From assembly GCA_016218805.1 (NCBI GenBank), contig JACRCW010000121.1, forward strand, positions 1 through 34,746: DNA of 34,746 nucleotides, in the 5' to 3' direction. Of this stretch, positions 25,857 to 34,746 are shown one piece after another. This stretch comes from Deltaproteobacteria bacterium. Its GTDB lineage: Bacteria; Myxococcota; JACRCW01. The translations under genes were made by a program, and so were the position numbers. Every line of letters starts with the position of its first letter. Position 1 is the first letter of the stretch. The notes below the pieces were generated by a model, which did no database searches, was not told the DNA's origin, and worked only from the letters and a program-made list of their open reading frames with translations.

Positions 25857-27466
25857 CGTTCCACCTCGGGCTCGCCACCTTCGTCGTGAATGACGGCAGC
25901 GTTGGGACCGGCTTCTTCTGCTGTGGGTCTCTTTGCCATCCCGCCATAGAAGATGGCGCTCTCCTCCTCACTCGACTCGTCCATGAAACCGGCTGGCCAG
26001 TGCTCGGCGATCCCGCCCACGGCCGTGAGCTTGCTGTGCTTGACAGTAGAACGACCCTCGGAGTCCTGTTCGACCTCGAGGATGACCACATTCTCGAGGA
26101 GCCATGTCTCCAGCGCGCTTCCGGCGCCTGAGCGAGCCACCAAGCCCCGCAGCCTGCGAACGAGATGGTCGCTGTGGGTCTCCACGATCAAACGACGGTT
26201 GGACATGGCGAGGCTCACGAGCCAATGGGCGAGAAGGCTCTGCACCTTGGGATGAAGGTGTGCCTCGGCTTCCTCGATAGCAATGTGGGCAAAGCTCTTG
26301 CAGCGCTCCGAATACCTGGCGGGGGTGAGGTCACCTTCCTCGAGGCTCAGGAAGCGGAGCGGGTCCGAATACAACCCGAGTTCCACAAGCGGGAGGAGGT
26401 AGGCCAAGCCTCGCCCAACGTGGAGCAGGCTCGCGCTGCCGAACAGCAGCCTGAATCCAATCTCGCGGATCTCCTCCACCGACAGCGGCGTTTGGATGGA
26501 GAGGGCCTCAAGGACGTCGTTCACCGCGTCCACGAGTGGCCGCTCGCGTAGCGCCTCAGGGATGCTCACGCCGGACGAACCCTGGATGAGTGGCGGGAGA
26601 TAGTGTACGACCTCGCCGCCGCGACGATGAAGAAGCTGTGCGGCGAGCTCCCCGCTGGCGCCAATCTCCTGGGGCGCCACGTTCGATGCCTTGTAAAGAC
26701 TTGGTGGCGTGTGACGGGTAGAGCCTAGATACTGAAACTCGGAAAGGAGCTTCTTGAGGGCTTCAAGGGGTTGCGAGAGAAGAATCAGGTACGCGTTGTA
26801 CCAGGTTCGCTTCTTGTCGCGCGGTCCCCATCCCGACCAGGATAGGTCCGCTTTCAAATAGGGCACAAAGTGGTCCAACTCCACATCGACGTCGAGGGGA
26901 ACCCTGCCGCGCCAAAGGCACGTCCAGCTCCCCTCCTTGAACGACAGAGTGAACAGGGTCTTGTCGTCGGCAAGGTCCGATTGGAGTCGGATGGCGCTAA
27001 TTAGCGTTGTGCCTGATGCGTCCACTGTGTCAATCTGGATGGAGGATGTCGCGGGCTTCATTTCAGCCTGCCAGAACTCGTGATCCTCGAATCGGCTGAT
27101 CCCTGTCCACTTGGCCAGATTGGCCCGATCCGGGCGCCTCGCCTCGTCCGCGGCGCGCTTCATGTCGATCGTCGACTCCCACCGGAGGCCCAGTGTCGGG
27201 CCGGAAACGTCGGCGCCATTGGCGGGCCAGCCGAAGGTTAACTCACGGAGGTTGAAGGCTGAAACCACACCGTCGAGATGGATTGGAATATCGGAACGAG
27301 GCTCGGCCAGCGTCTGCTTCAGCAAGAGAAGGCATTGGATGATGCTGCTCTTTCCGCTGTTGTTGCAGCCCAGAATCACCGTAAGCGGCGCAAGCGGAAT
27401 CTCGGTCCGTGATTCAAAGCTCTTGAACCGTTCGATGGTCACCGACAGGAGCTTGGTGCCACTCAT
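25853..27466 (-). CDS. ABC-type AAA_21/AAA_15 ATPase, DUF3696-like C-terminus
   Basis: IERFKSF, Walker A LTVILGCNNSGKSS, signature-like HVGRGLAYLLP, Walker B IAIEEAEAHLHP, H-loop IVETHSDH, terminal WPAGFMDE; GGAGG RBS. Confidence 0.92.
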   Translation of the reverse strand: MSGTKLLSVTIERFKSFESRTEIPLAPLTVILGCNNSGKSSIIQCLLLLKQTLAEPRSDIPIHLDGVVSAFNLRELTFGWPANGADVSGPTLGLRWESTIDMKRAADEARRPDRANLAKWTGISRFEDHEFWQAEMKPATSSIQIDTVDASGTTLISAIRLQSDLADDKTLFTLSFKEGSWTCLWRGRVPLDVDVELDHFVPYLKADLSWSGWGPRDKKRTWYNAYLILLSQPLEALKKLLSEFQYLGSTRHTPPSLYKASNVAPQEIGASGELAAQLLHRRGGEVVHYLPPLIQGSSGVSIPEALRERPLVDAVNDVLEALSIQTPLSVEEIREIGFRLLFGSASLLHVGRGLAYLLPLVELGLYSDPLRFLSLEEGDLTPARYSERCKSFAHIAIEEAEAHLHPKVQSLLAHWLVSLAMSNRRLIVETHSDHLVRRLRGLVARSGAGSALETWLLENVVILEVEQDSEGRSTVKHSKLTAVGGIAEHWPAGFMDESSEEESAIFYGGMAKRPTAEEAGPNAAVIHDEGGEPEVER

Positions 27467-27756
27467 GCATCCTCCGGAATCCTCGCGCACTTGCGCGATA
27501 GCATGGCCTCGCCACCGGCGTCGCCTCCGCCGCCGCTTTCAGTCGCTCGTCTTGCCTCGAGGGGCGGAGGTCGGAAGACCTCCTCGGCCTGGCGTGGCGG
27601 GTCGAGGTCGAAGAGACCGCCACTTGACCGGTTGGTGACTAAGCGGCCCGCGTTTCCACCGTTGGCTGGCGCACCCGCCCGCTTTACAGCCCATTCCCAC
27701 AAGCGTAAGCCGTGAAGCGTCGCGCGCCCCTTGCGCGCGCGCTGAGGTTGACCGTC

Positions 27757-28824
27757 ATGCCCACGCTGGCCGTGTTGTTCTCCGCTGTCGGGCCCACCGC
27801 CCCGGACGCCACCGCGTCCGCGCCGGAGGGAAGCGCCCCGCCCACCCCCGTACCGGTAAGTCCCCAAGGCGGCGTGCTGCTGTCCCGCGCCGACAACGAA
27901 CGCGTGGCGCACCTGGTGGCCACGGCGCTGCGGGAACGCGGGCACGCGGTCCACGTGCTGGGCGTGTGGGCGGGCGTACCGGTGGAGCGGCTGCGGAACG
28001 TGGACGCGGTGGTGAACCTGCTGGAGGGCCTGGAGGGTGACTCCAGCCGCGAAGCCGAAGCCACCGAGGCCCTGCAGCGCGCCGGCATCCCGTTCAGCGG
28101 CAACGCGGCAGACACGCTGGGGCGCTGCCAGCGCAAGGAGGTGTGCCGCCGGCTGTTGCTGGAGGCGGGCGTGCCGGTCCCCGCGGGGACGGTGTTGCAC
28201 GCGGTGCCCATGGAGTGGCCGGCGGGCGTGCCGGCGCCGGTGATTGTGAAACCCGCGCATGAAGACGCCTCTGAGGGGATTGACGCGCGCGCGGTGGCGC
28301 GGGACCTGGCTGGGCTGCAGGCCGCGGTGCGCCGGGTGGTGGTGGAGATGGGCCAGCCGGCCCTGGTGGAGCAGTTCATTGACGGGCGGGAGATCACCGC
28401 CAGCCTGCTGGGGAGCCCGCCGCAGGTGCTGCCGCTGGGTGAAATAGACTTCAGCACGCTGCCCGCGGGGCGGCCGCGCATTGTGTCCTACGCGGCCAAA
28501 TGGTGCCCGGAGTCGGACGAGTACCAGTGCACGCCGTCCGTGGGCGCGCGGCTGGACGCCACGGTGACGGCGCGCATTGAGACCATTGCCCGGCGGGCGG
28601 CGGCGGCCCTGAAGCTGCGTGACGTGGCGCGCCTGGACCTGCGCGTGGACGCGCGCGGCGGCGCGTGGGTGATTGACGTGAATCCCAACTGTGACCTGGC
28701 GCCGGATGCGGGGTTTGCCAAGGCGGCGGCGCGGGCGGGCCTGTCCTACGGCGAGATGCTGGACCGCGTGGTGGCCCGTGCGGTGGCCGCGCGGCCGGAC
28801 CGGCGCGCGGCGGCTTCCGCCTGA
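27757..28824 (+). CDS. D-alanine--D-alanine ligase-like ATP-grasp enzyme
   Basis: VVNLLEG, GIPFSG, VIVKPAHEDASEGI, LVEQFIDGREIT, SYAAKW, ARLDLR, VIDVNPNCDL. Confidence 0.88.
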   Translation: MPTLAVLFSAVGPTAPDATASAPEGSAPPTPVPVSPQGGVLLSRADNERVAHLVATALRERGHAVHVLGVWAGVPVERLRNVDAVVNLLEGLEGDSSREAEATEALQRAGIPFSGNAADTLGRCQRKEVCRRLLLEAGVPVPAGTVLHAVPMEWPAGVPAPVIVKPAHEDASEGIDARAVARDLAGLQAAVRRVVVEMGQPALVEQFIDGREITASLLGSPPQVLPLGEIDFSTLPAGRPRIVSYAAKWCPESDEYQCTPSVGARLDATVTARIETIARRAAAALKLRDVARLDLRVDARGGAWVIDVNPNCDLAPDAGFAKAAARAGLSYGEMLDRVVARAVAARPDRRAAASA

Positions 28825-28825
28825 G

Positions 28826-29773
28826 TCAGGTGGACGCCGGGGTGGACCGCGACGCCACCCGCAGCGGGAGGACCGCGCGGTAGCACGCGCCGCCCAGCGG
28901 TGAACCGTTGACCTCCAGCCGGCCACCGTGCGCCTCCGCGCACGCCCGTGCGCCCACCAGCGCCAGCGCCGTGTCGCCGGACGCCACCGACCCCAACGCG
29001 TCCGTGGTGCTGCCACGCTCCGCGGGGCTGGCTGCGGCGCCGTCGGTGTGCACCTCCAGGGTGGCTTCGTCCGCGGATTGGGCCAGGCGCAGTTCCACCG
29101 TGCCGCCCGGCGGCGTCCCTTCCGCGGCGTGCAGCAGCAGCGTGGCGGTCATCTGCTTGAGCAGCAGGGGGTGCGCGTCCAGCTGGACGTCATTGTCCCC
29201 GGCCACGCGCAGTTGGCGCGCCCGCAGCGTCCGGTGGTTCCCCAGGGCGTCCACGCACTCCTGCGCCAGCGCCCGCAGGTCCACCGGCTGCGCGTGGTCC
29301 GCCGTGGCGGCGCGCGCGTTCTGCAGCAGCTGCCGGTTGTGGGCAATGAGCCGGTCCAGGGACTCCTTCACGCGCCCGTGGGCCGCCAGCGCCTCCGGGT
29401 CCGCGGCGCCGCGTGGGCGCAACCCCGCCAGGTCCAGCATGGCGGACATCAGCGCGTTGTTGCTGTCATGCGCCAGCAGCGCCGCCACAACGCCGCCAAA
29501 CGCCCGGCGTTCGGCCATCACCAGGGCGCCCTTGAGCTCCAGCAGCGCCGCCGCCGCACGCTCCATGCGCCGCAGCACCCACCACGCCGCCAGCCCCACC
29601 GCGCCGGTGGTCACCACCACAAAGCCAACGTCCACCCACAGCTGCAGGCGCACCAGCTCCGTCTTGTCCTGCGCAAGAAAGAACGCGAGGTGCCCCAGCA
29701 CCTGGGTGGTGACAAAGGCGACGGCAAAGTAGCCGCCGGCCAGCCACAGGGAGTACTTCCAGCGCCGCGCCAT
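28826..29773 (-). CDS. Histidine kinase-like sensor with degenerate ATP-binding domain
   Basis: 2 TM helices, H-box LAHDSNNAL, AEAHGGRLEV; N/G1/G2 boxes substituted. Confidence 0.75.
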   Translation of the reverse strand: MARRWKYSLWLAGGYFAVAFVTTQVLGHLAFFLAQDKTELVRLQLWVDVGFVVVTTGAVGLAAWWVLRRMERAAAALLELKGALVMAERRAFGGVVAALLAHDSNNALMSAMLDLAGLRPRGAADPEALAAHGRVKESLDRLIAHNRQLLQNARAATADHAQPVDLRALAQECVDALGNHRTLRARQLRVAGDNDVQLDAHPLLLKQMTATLLLHAAEGTPPGGTVELRLAQSADEATLEVHTDGAAASPAERGSTTDALGSVASGDTALALVGARACAEAHGGRLEVNGSPLGGACYRAVLPLRVASRSTPAST

Positions 29774-29878
29774 GGCCGCGCAGCTTTGACACGGGCAGGC
29801 GGTGGATTCAACGCAGACGTGACCGCGGACGGGAGACGCAGGACCTGCGCGAGGCCATGGTCCGGCGCCCGTGGGGGT

Positions 29879-30196
29879 TCACTGGCGCGGGCGCATGAAG
29901 ATGAACGCGCTGGTGCCGCCGTTGGCGGTGGTGGTGCCCACCAGGCGCCAGCCGCGCGTGCCCAGTTCGTCCAGTTTGGCGACGATGCGGTCCGCCTTGG
30001 GATAGGCGGGCGGGATGAACAGGTTGTACTCCACCGCGTCCGGTGATTCCGGTGCGGCGCGCGCCGGAGCGGCGGGTTCCTGGTCCACGCGGTCCTGCCC
30101 ATTGGCCCAGGCAGACGGAGTGAGCAGCGGGTGCAGCAGCGCGCCCAGCACCCATCCCACGGCCACCAGGCCAACCTGTCCCATCCGGTTCCTCAT
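29879..30196 (-). CDS. Small exported protein with DUF4177-like C-terminal domain
   Basis: GGAGG RBS, signal-peptide-like N-terminus, EY...LDELGTRGWRLVG...FIFMRP. Confidence 0.65.
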   Translation of the reverse strand: MRNRMGQVGLVAVGWVLGALLHPLLTPSAWANGQDRVDQEPAAPARAAPESPDAVEYNLFIPPAYPKADRIVAKLDELGTRGWRLVGTTTANGGTSAFIFMRPRQ

Positions 30197-30237
30197 GGTG
30201 TTCCTCCGGCCCCCGCGGTGCGGCCCGCGGGGGGTGG

Positions 30238-31791
30238 TCACGGTTTGCCCCCGCTCAGCGCGGTGTAGGTCTCCGCCGGGATCTGCCCGGCCAGGTCCTG
30301 CAGCCGCTCCACGGGTGCCTTGTCCAGGCGGGCCTGCAGGCGTTCGGCGTCTTGGGCAATGAGGCCGGGAAGGAGCATGAGCTGCCAGGCCATGGCGCCG
30401 TTGAGGTTGAACGCCAGCGCCACGGTGCGCCCGTCAGGCAGGGGCACCGCCACCTGCGGCAGGCGCACCATCACGGTGACACCCACCGCGCCGTCCGGGT
30501 AGCGGCTGCCGGACAGGACCTCGTCCGTGACACGCATGGCCATGGCTGCACCGTCCACGCCCTGGGTGCCCTGCATGGTGGCCGTGCGGGCCTGGGTGGC
30601 CTGCAGGAGGGCGCGCTGCACGGCGGGGCGCTCGGTGGGGAACTCAGCGGCGTACGCGTCCAGCAGGTGGTTGATGCCGGGGTAGGCCGGGGCGTCCGCC
30701 AGGTTGAGGCGCCCCAGCGCGGCTTTCAGCAGCTTGAGGCGGAACAGCACGGGGCCGCCCAGCCGGCCGGGCTCAAACCCGGCGGGGAGCGTGCCGGCAT
30801 AGAAAGGGGGGAAGAACTCCCCGGGCGGCACCCCGCCAGCCACCAGCGGGTCGTCCCCCGCCAGCAGCAGCGCCGCGGCGACGACGCCCGGCACCCCGAC
30901 GGCCTGCGTTCCGTTCCACGGCGTACCCTTGGCGGGCGGCTTGCCCGTAGCCCAGGCGCGCAGGAACTCCGCGCGCGCCTCCGGCGTCCGCAGCGGTTCC
31001 GTGGGTTCCGCAGGGCGCCAGTCATAGCGGCGGTGGACCACCGCGGCGGCGCGCAGGTCCACCGCGCTGCGGGCGTTCTCCACGGTCACGGTGGCAGAGA
31101 GCTTGCCGGACACGCTCTGGCGGCGCGCCAGCACCTGCGCGTGCAGGTCAAAGCCCTCCAGCAGGGCGGTGAGCGGGTCCATGGTCAGCCACGGGTAGCC
31201 GGTGAGGGTGGAGCGCGCGTCCGGGCCGGTGCGGTCCAGGGCCCGCTGGATGACCATCCCCAGCGCCAGCCGGGCCACCCGCCCCGGCAGCGCCTGTTCC
31301 AGGGCGCCGTCCTCCTGCGAGGTATCCGCCGCCGGCAGGGAGGTCCACGCAAGCTCCGGGTACGCCGTGAGCCCGCCCTTCTCGTCGCGGACCGCCAGGC
31401 CGCGCGCCCACGGGGTCTCCGGCGCGCCCAGCACCACCGCGGCCGGGGCGCCCGCCGTGGCCAGCGCCGCCGGCCCCACCGATTCCTTGCCGGCGTGCAG
31501 CACCACGTCGCGCGCGCGGTCCAGCAGCAGCACCGCGTCCTTGCCGGAGGGGGAGGCCAGCGCCTCCTCCACCGCTGCGCGTTCGCCCTCGTCCGGAGTC
31601 AGTGCGCGGGCCACCGGCAGCCGCGTCCCCTTCACGGTGGCAAACGCGCCTTCACCGGCCTCCGCGCGCAGTACCACCACGCCCCGCCGGGGCAGGCCCT
31701 TGCCGTCCTTCCGACACGACGCGGCGCCCCCCACGGCCAGCGCCGCCGCTGCGATGACCGCGAGCACCGACCGCATACCTTCGGCTGCCAT
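30238..31791 (-). CDS. Hypothetical lipoprotein with C-terminal helix-hairpin-helix-like domain
   Basis: GGAGG RBS, lipobox AASC, C-terminal FNLNGA...QLMLLPGL...AERL. Confidence 0.7.
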   Translation of the reverse strand: MAAEGMRSVLAVIAAAALAVGGAASCRKDGKGLPRRGVVVLRAEAGEGAFATVKGTRLPVARALTPDEGERAAVEEALASPSGKDAVLLLDRARDVVLHAGKESVGPAALATAGAPAAVVLGAPETPWARGLAVRDEKGGLTAYPELAWTSLPAADTSQEDGALEQALPGRVARLALGMVIQRALDRTGPDARSTLTGYPWLTMDPLTALLEGFDLHAQVLARRQSVSGKLSATVTVENARSAVDLRAAAVVHRRYDWRPAEPTEPLRTPEARAEFLRAWATGKPPAKGTPWNGTQAVGVPGVVAAALLLAGDDPLVAGGVPPGEFFPPFYAGTLPAGFEPGRLGGPVLFRLKLLKAALGRLNLADAPAYPGINHLLDAYAAEFPTERPAVQRALLQATQARTATMQGTQGVDGAAMAMRVTDEVLSGSRYPDGAVGVTVMVRLPQVAVPLPDGRTVALAFNLNGAMAWQLMLLPGLIAQDAERLQARLDKAPVERLQDLAGQIPAETYTALSGGKP

Positions 31792-31821
31792 GACACCTCC
31801 GGATGCGCCGGGTGCAGCGCG

Positions 31822-33069
31822 TCAGCGCCCACGCCGCAGTTCCACCTTCACCTGCCCGGTGGCCTTGCCTCCCAGCGACACCATGGAACGCCAGGGGGTG
31901 TACCCATCCACGGTGACCTCCACGGTCACCTTGGCTTGGGGCTCCAGGCCCACCAACAGCACGCTTCCCACGCCCACCGGTGTTCTCTCCACGGTCACGC
32001 GCGCACCCGCCGGCACGGCCAGCAACAGTTTGCCCACGGCACCGCCCACCCGGTGGGTCCGCACCGGCGGAACTATGGGCGCGGGTTTGAGCACGTCCGG
32101 CAGGGCGGCCTCCGGCGCCGGCGGGCGGGACTTGGGGCCGGAACCTTCCGGTTTGGCGCGCACCGGCGGTGGTGGCGGCGGTGGTGGTGGTGGCGCGGGG
32201 GGTGGCGGAGGCCGAAGCGCCGCGGGCGCGGGGGTCATGCGCGTGCGCAGCGCGGCGCGCGGCGGCGGCGGGGGGGGAGGCGGCGGCTCGTGGTCGTCCA
32301 GGTCAACGGAAAGGTCATCCTCCGGGTTGTCCGGGGGTGCCACACCCAGGTCATCCGACGACGGTGCGTCCACCATGATGGTGCGCGCGGCATCTTCCGC
32401 CGGGGCGGGCGGCCTGGACGGCCGGCGCGTGGTGGGCGGGGGAAGGGTGGGAGCCGGCGGGGGCACTTCGTCCATGGTCGTCGCCACCGGGCCAAACACG
32501 TCGTCCGCGGCCGCGGAGACCGCGCCGCGTGCGCCGTCCCGTTCGTGCTCCTTGTCCGAGGCGAGGATGGCCGCGATGACCGGGTCCTCCGACGGGTCAT
32601 CCCGCGGGGGCGGTTCCTCGTCGTCCAGATGGGTGACCGCCGGCCGGATGCCGCTCTCCGGTGCAAAGGAATCCTCGTCACCCAGGTAGGGGTTGGCCAC
32701 GCCGTCACGGTCCAGCTGCGCGCGCACCTCCTCCACAAAGCTGGGGCCGCCCAGCATGGTGGCGTCCGCCTCCTCCAGCGGGGGCGGGGCGGGGCGCCGC
32801 GCCCGGGACGCTGCCAGCGAGCGCCTGACGTGGGCCACCTCCTCCGGCGTGGACATCATCGTCGCCGCTTCGGGCTCCAGCGTGGCGGGCAGTTCGCGGG
32901 AGGGACGGGACGCTTCGTCCAGGTCCAGCACCATGGTGGAGGCCACCGGGTCCGGCTTGGACGGCGGCGGTGGCGGCGGCCGGGCCGCGGACTTGCCGGG
33001 CGTGATGGGCACCGCGCGGGCCTTGCCCGACGGCGACGGCTTGGGGGGAGGAGGGAGCTTGGCGGCCAT
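31822..33069 (-). CDS. Pro/acidic-rich disordered protein with C-terminal PEGA-like domain
   Basis: Poly-Pro tracts; C-terminal VPAGARVTVE..VG...VEVTVDGYTPW. Confidence 0.7.
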   Translation of the reverse strand: MAAKLPPPPKPSPSGKARAVPITPGKSAARPPPPPPSKPDPVASTMVLDLDEASRPSRELPATLEPEAATMMSTPEEVAHVRRSLAASRARRPAPPPLEEADATMLGGPSFVEEVRAQLDRDGVANPYLGDEDSFAPESGIRPAVTHLDDEEPPPRDDPSEDPVIAAILASDKEHERDGARGAVSAAADDVFGPVATTMDEVPPPAPTLPPPTTRRPSRPPAPAEDAARTIMVDAPSSDDLGVAPPDNPEDDLSVDLDDHEPPPPPPPPPRAALRTRMTPAPAALRPPPPPAPPPPPPPPPPVRAKPEGSGPKSRPPAPEAALPDVLKPAPIVPPVRTHRVGGAVGKLLLAVPAGARVTVERTPVGVGSVLLVGLEPQAKVTVEVTVDGYTPWRSMVSLGGKATGQVKVELRRGR

Positions 33070-33149
33070 GGCGGGCGCCCGGGGGCCGGGCAACGGATGG
33101 GCAGTCTGGCAGCAGGAGCGGGGCCTTGAAAAGGGAGCGGCCCGGCGGT

Positions 33150-34746
33150 TCACCCGCGCCGGGCCAGTGTGGCCTCCGCCAGCAGGGCCAGCGGCAACAG
33201 GAGCAGCAGCAACGACCACAGCGGCTGGCGCGGCACGCCGTCCGTGCCGCCGCGGCCCACCAGTTCAGACCCCGCCGGCAGCCGTGCGGCAATCTCGTCA
33301 TCCGTGAGCGCCACCAGGTCGCTTTCCTCCGGCGGCGGCCAGGCCGCATAGCGCTCTGAGGGGATCTCCGTGGCCGGACCGTCCGCCGGGGCAATGAAGA
33401 CGCGGTGGAGGCCCGTGACGGTGGCGGCCGGGAGGCTGACCTGCGTGTCCTCCGCGCGGATGGGCACCGCCGTGCGCGGCCCACCGGGCGCCTCCACGGC
33501 GACGGAGGAGGCCCCGCGCGGCAGCGGAATCACGCGGGGGACGTGCACCGCCTGGTGGCGCGGACGCCCGTCATCCAACGCGTCCGCCAGGTGCAGCACC
33601 AGTTGCTGCATCAACGGCAGGAAGCCCGGGCGGATGGCCAGGTCAGACCAGTCACGGTCAATGGACGTGGCCCACAGCAGCACCCGCCCGGCGCCCACCC
33701 GGCGCTCCACCAGCGCGGGGGCCTGGTTGGAGAACCGCATCAGCACCTGCCGCTCCGCCCGGCTCCCCGGCTCCAGCAGCAGCACCGTGTGGGTCTGCGC
33801 GCGCGCCAGCCCCTCCGGCCGCTCGCCGTTGAATGGCGCAAACACCGGGTGGCTGGTGTCCACCGCGCCAATGCCCAGCACCTCGCGGTGGGCGGGATCC
33901 TCCAGCTCCACGCGGCTCTTCTCGCCCCGCAGGGGCTGCGGGAGCAGCCCGCCCAGGGCGCCGTTGTAGAAGTCCACGTCCACGCGGTCCCCGCCGCTGA
34001 TGAGCAGCCCGCCGCCGCGCTCAACGTGGCGCTCCAATGCGCCCACCGCTTCGCGCGGGAGGTTGCGCACGTTGCACAACAGGATCACGTCCGCGGCGTC
34101 AATGTCCGCCACCGTGGGGGCGGTGGTCAGCACGCGCTGCTGCAGGGTCCCGCCGCCCGGCGGGGAGGCCGCCAGCGCGCGCTCCAGGTAGAAGACCTCA
34201 TCCCGCCAGGCCACCGTCTGCGGGTCCCCATCCACGACGAGCACCTGCACCTCACGCGGGGCCTGCACCGGCAGCATGAGCACGTCATCCAGCGCGTACG
34301 CGTCCGCGTCCAGGCGCACCGCCAACTCATGGAACGGGTCCGCACCCTTGGGCAGCACGTGCGTGAAGCGCCGCCGCGTGGGGCTGCCGGGAACCAACTC
34401 CACGTCCGCGCGGGCCACCGCGGCGCCGTCCACCCACAACGCCGCGCCCGTGGCTACCGGCGCGGTGGCGCCGAACACCTCCGCCTCCCACTCAATGGCC
34501 ACCGCCCGCGGGCCGGCCTCCGGCGCCGCGCGCGCGGTCAGCGCCCGCACCGCGCGGTTGGGGGGCGCCTGGTCATCCGGCCGCACCACGCGGACCTGCG
34601 CCCCACCCAGCTCCAGCCGCGCCCCGGCGGGCCAGCTGTGCCGCGCGGCGTCCGTGAAGACGGTGATGCGGCCCCCCTCCGGACCCAGCGCGGCGCGCGC
34701 CCGCACCAGGCACGCCGGCAGGTCACCCGCCGCCACGGACGGGCGG
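33150..34746 (-). CDS. BatA/vWA-type membrane protein with glutamine-amidotransferase-like domain (5' end outside window)
   Basis: vWA tail ITVFTD, VLVVDG, HVERGGGLLI, GAGRVLLW..DRDWSDL..PGFLPL, EESDL, terminal LWSLLL...AEATL. Confidence 0.8.
   Translation of the reverse strand, partial: RPSVAAGDLPACLVRARAALGPEGGRITVFTDAARHSWPAGARLELGGAQVRVVRPDDQAPPNRAVRALTARAAPEAGPRAVAIEWEAEVFGATAPVATGAALWVDGAAVARADVELVPGSPTRRRFTHVLPKGADPFHELAVRLDADAYALDDVLMLPVQAPREVQVLVVDGDPQTVAWRDEVFYLERALAASPPGGGTLQQRVLTTAPTVADIDAADVILLCNVRNLPREAVGALERHVERGGGLLISGGDRVDVDFYNGALGGLLPQPLRGEKSRVELEDPAHREVLGIGAVDTSHPVFAPFNGERPEGLARAQTHTVLLLEPGSRAERQVLMRFSNQAPALVERRVGAGRVLLWATSIDRDWSDLAIRPGFLPLMQQLVLHLADALDDGRPRHQAVHVPRVIPLPRGASSVAVEAPGGPRTAVPIRAEDTQVSLPAATVTGLHRVFIAPADGPATEIPSERYAAWPPPEESDLVALTDDEIAARLPAGSELVGRGGTDGVPRQPLWSLLLLLLPLALLAEATLARRG

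Larger units (their letters stand above)
24670..27650. mobile_element. Putative horizontally acquired island (no integrase seen)
   Basis: Visibly lower GC and about 27 TCGA sites, versus about 4 in the core regions (hand count). Confidence 0.65.

Noticed and set aside
24960..27466. Assignment as Septu, PARIS, Gabija or a retron
   Set aside because: The partner lacks HNH, Toprim and UvrD motifs; no reverse transcriptase nearby
24270..27760. att sites, target-site duplication or tRNA at the island borders
   Set aside because: None found by eye; no integrase or transposase in the window
32160..32290. GGC/GGT/G-run repeats as G-quadruplex or regulatory repeat
   Set aside because: Explained by poly-proline codons of the minus-strand gene

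Overview
High-GC bacterial chromosomal window. Its many lipoproteins, Cys-rich and Pro-rich proteins and orphan or hybrid histidine kinases suggest a Myxococcota-like organism (inference). The core carries a PA14 protein/GT-C glycosyltransferase/wecB cluster, an S4 protein, an AlkA-family glycosylase, a serine hydrolase, a phosphodiesterase, pssA, four histidine kinases, recR, Uma2, a PNPOx-like protein, a Ddl-like ATP-grasp enzyme and a BatA/vWA-type protein. Two accessory segments stand out. (1) ~13990-16880: five 43-bp palindromic tandem repeats, a helical hypothetical gene, a lower-GC two-gene module (EEP nuclease plus unknown partner) and a decayed copy of part of the helical gene. (2) ~24300-27650: a lower-GC, TCGA-rich island next to a frameshifted gene remnant. 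It holds a translationally coupled pair of an ABC/AAA_21-type ATPase and a protein whose C-terminus resembles the Ntox17 RNase toxin, and is the best candidate for an undescribed anti-phage or toxin system. I recognised no rRNA, tRNA, CRISPR array, integrase or transposase. All family calls come from motif recognition by eye, not from database searches.
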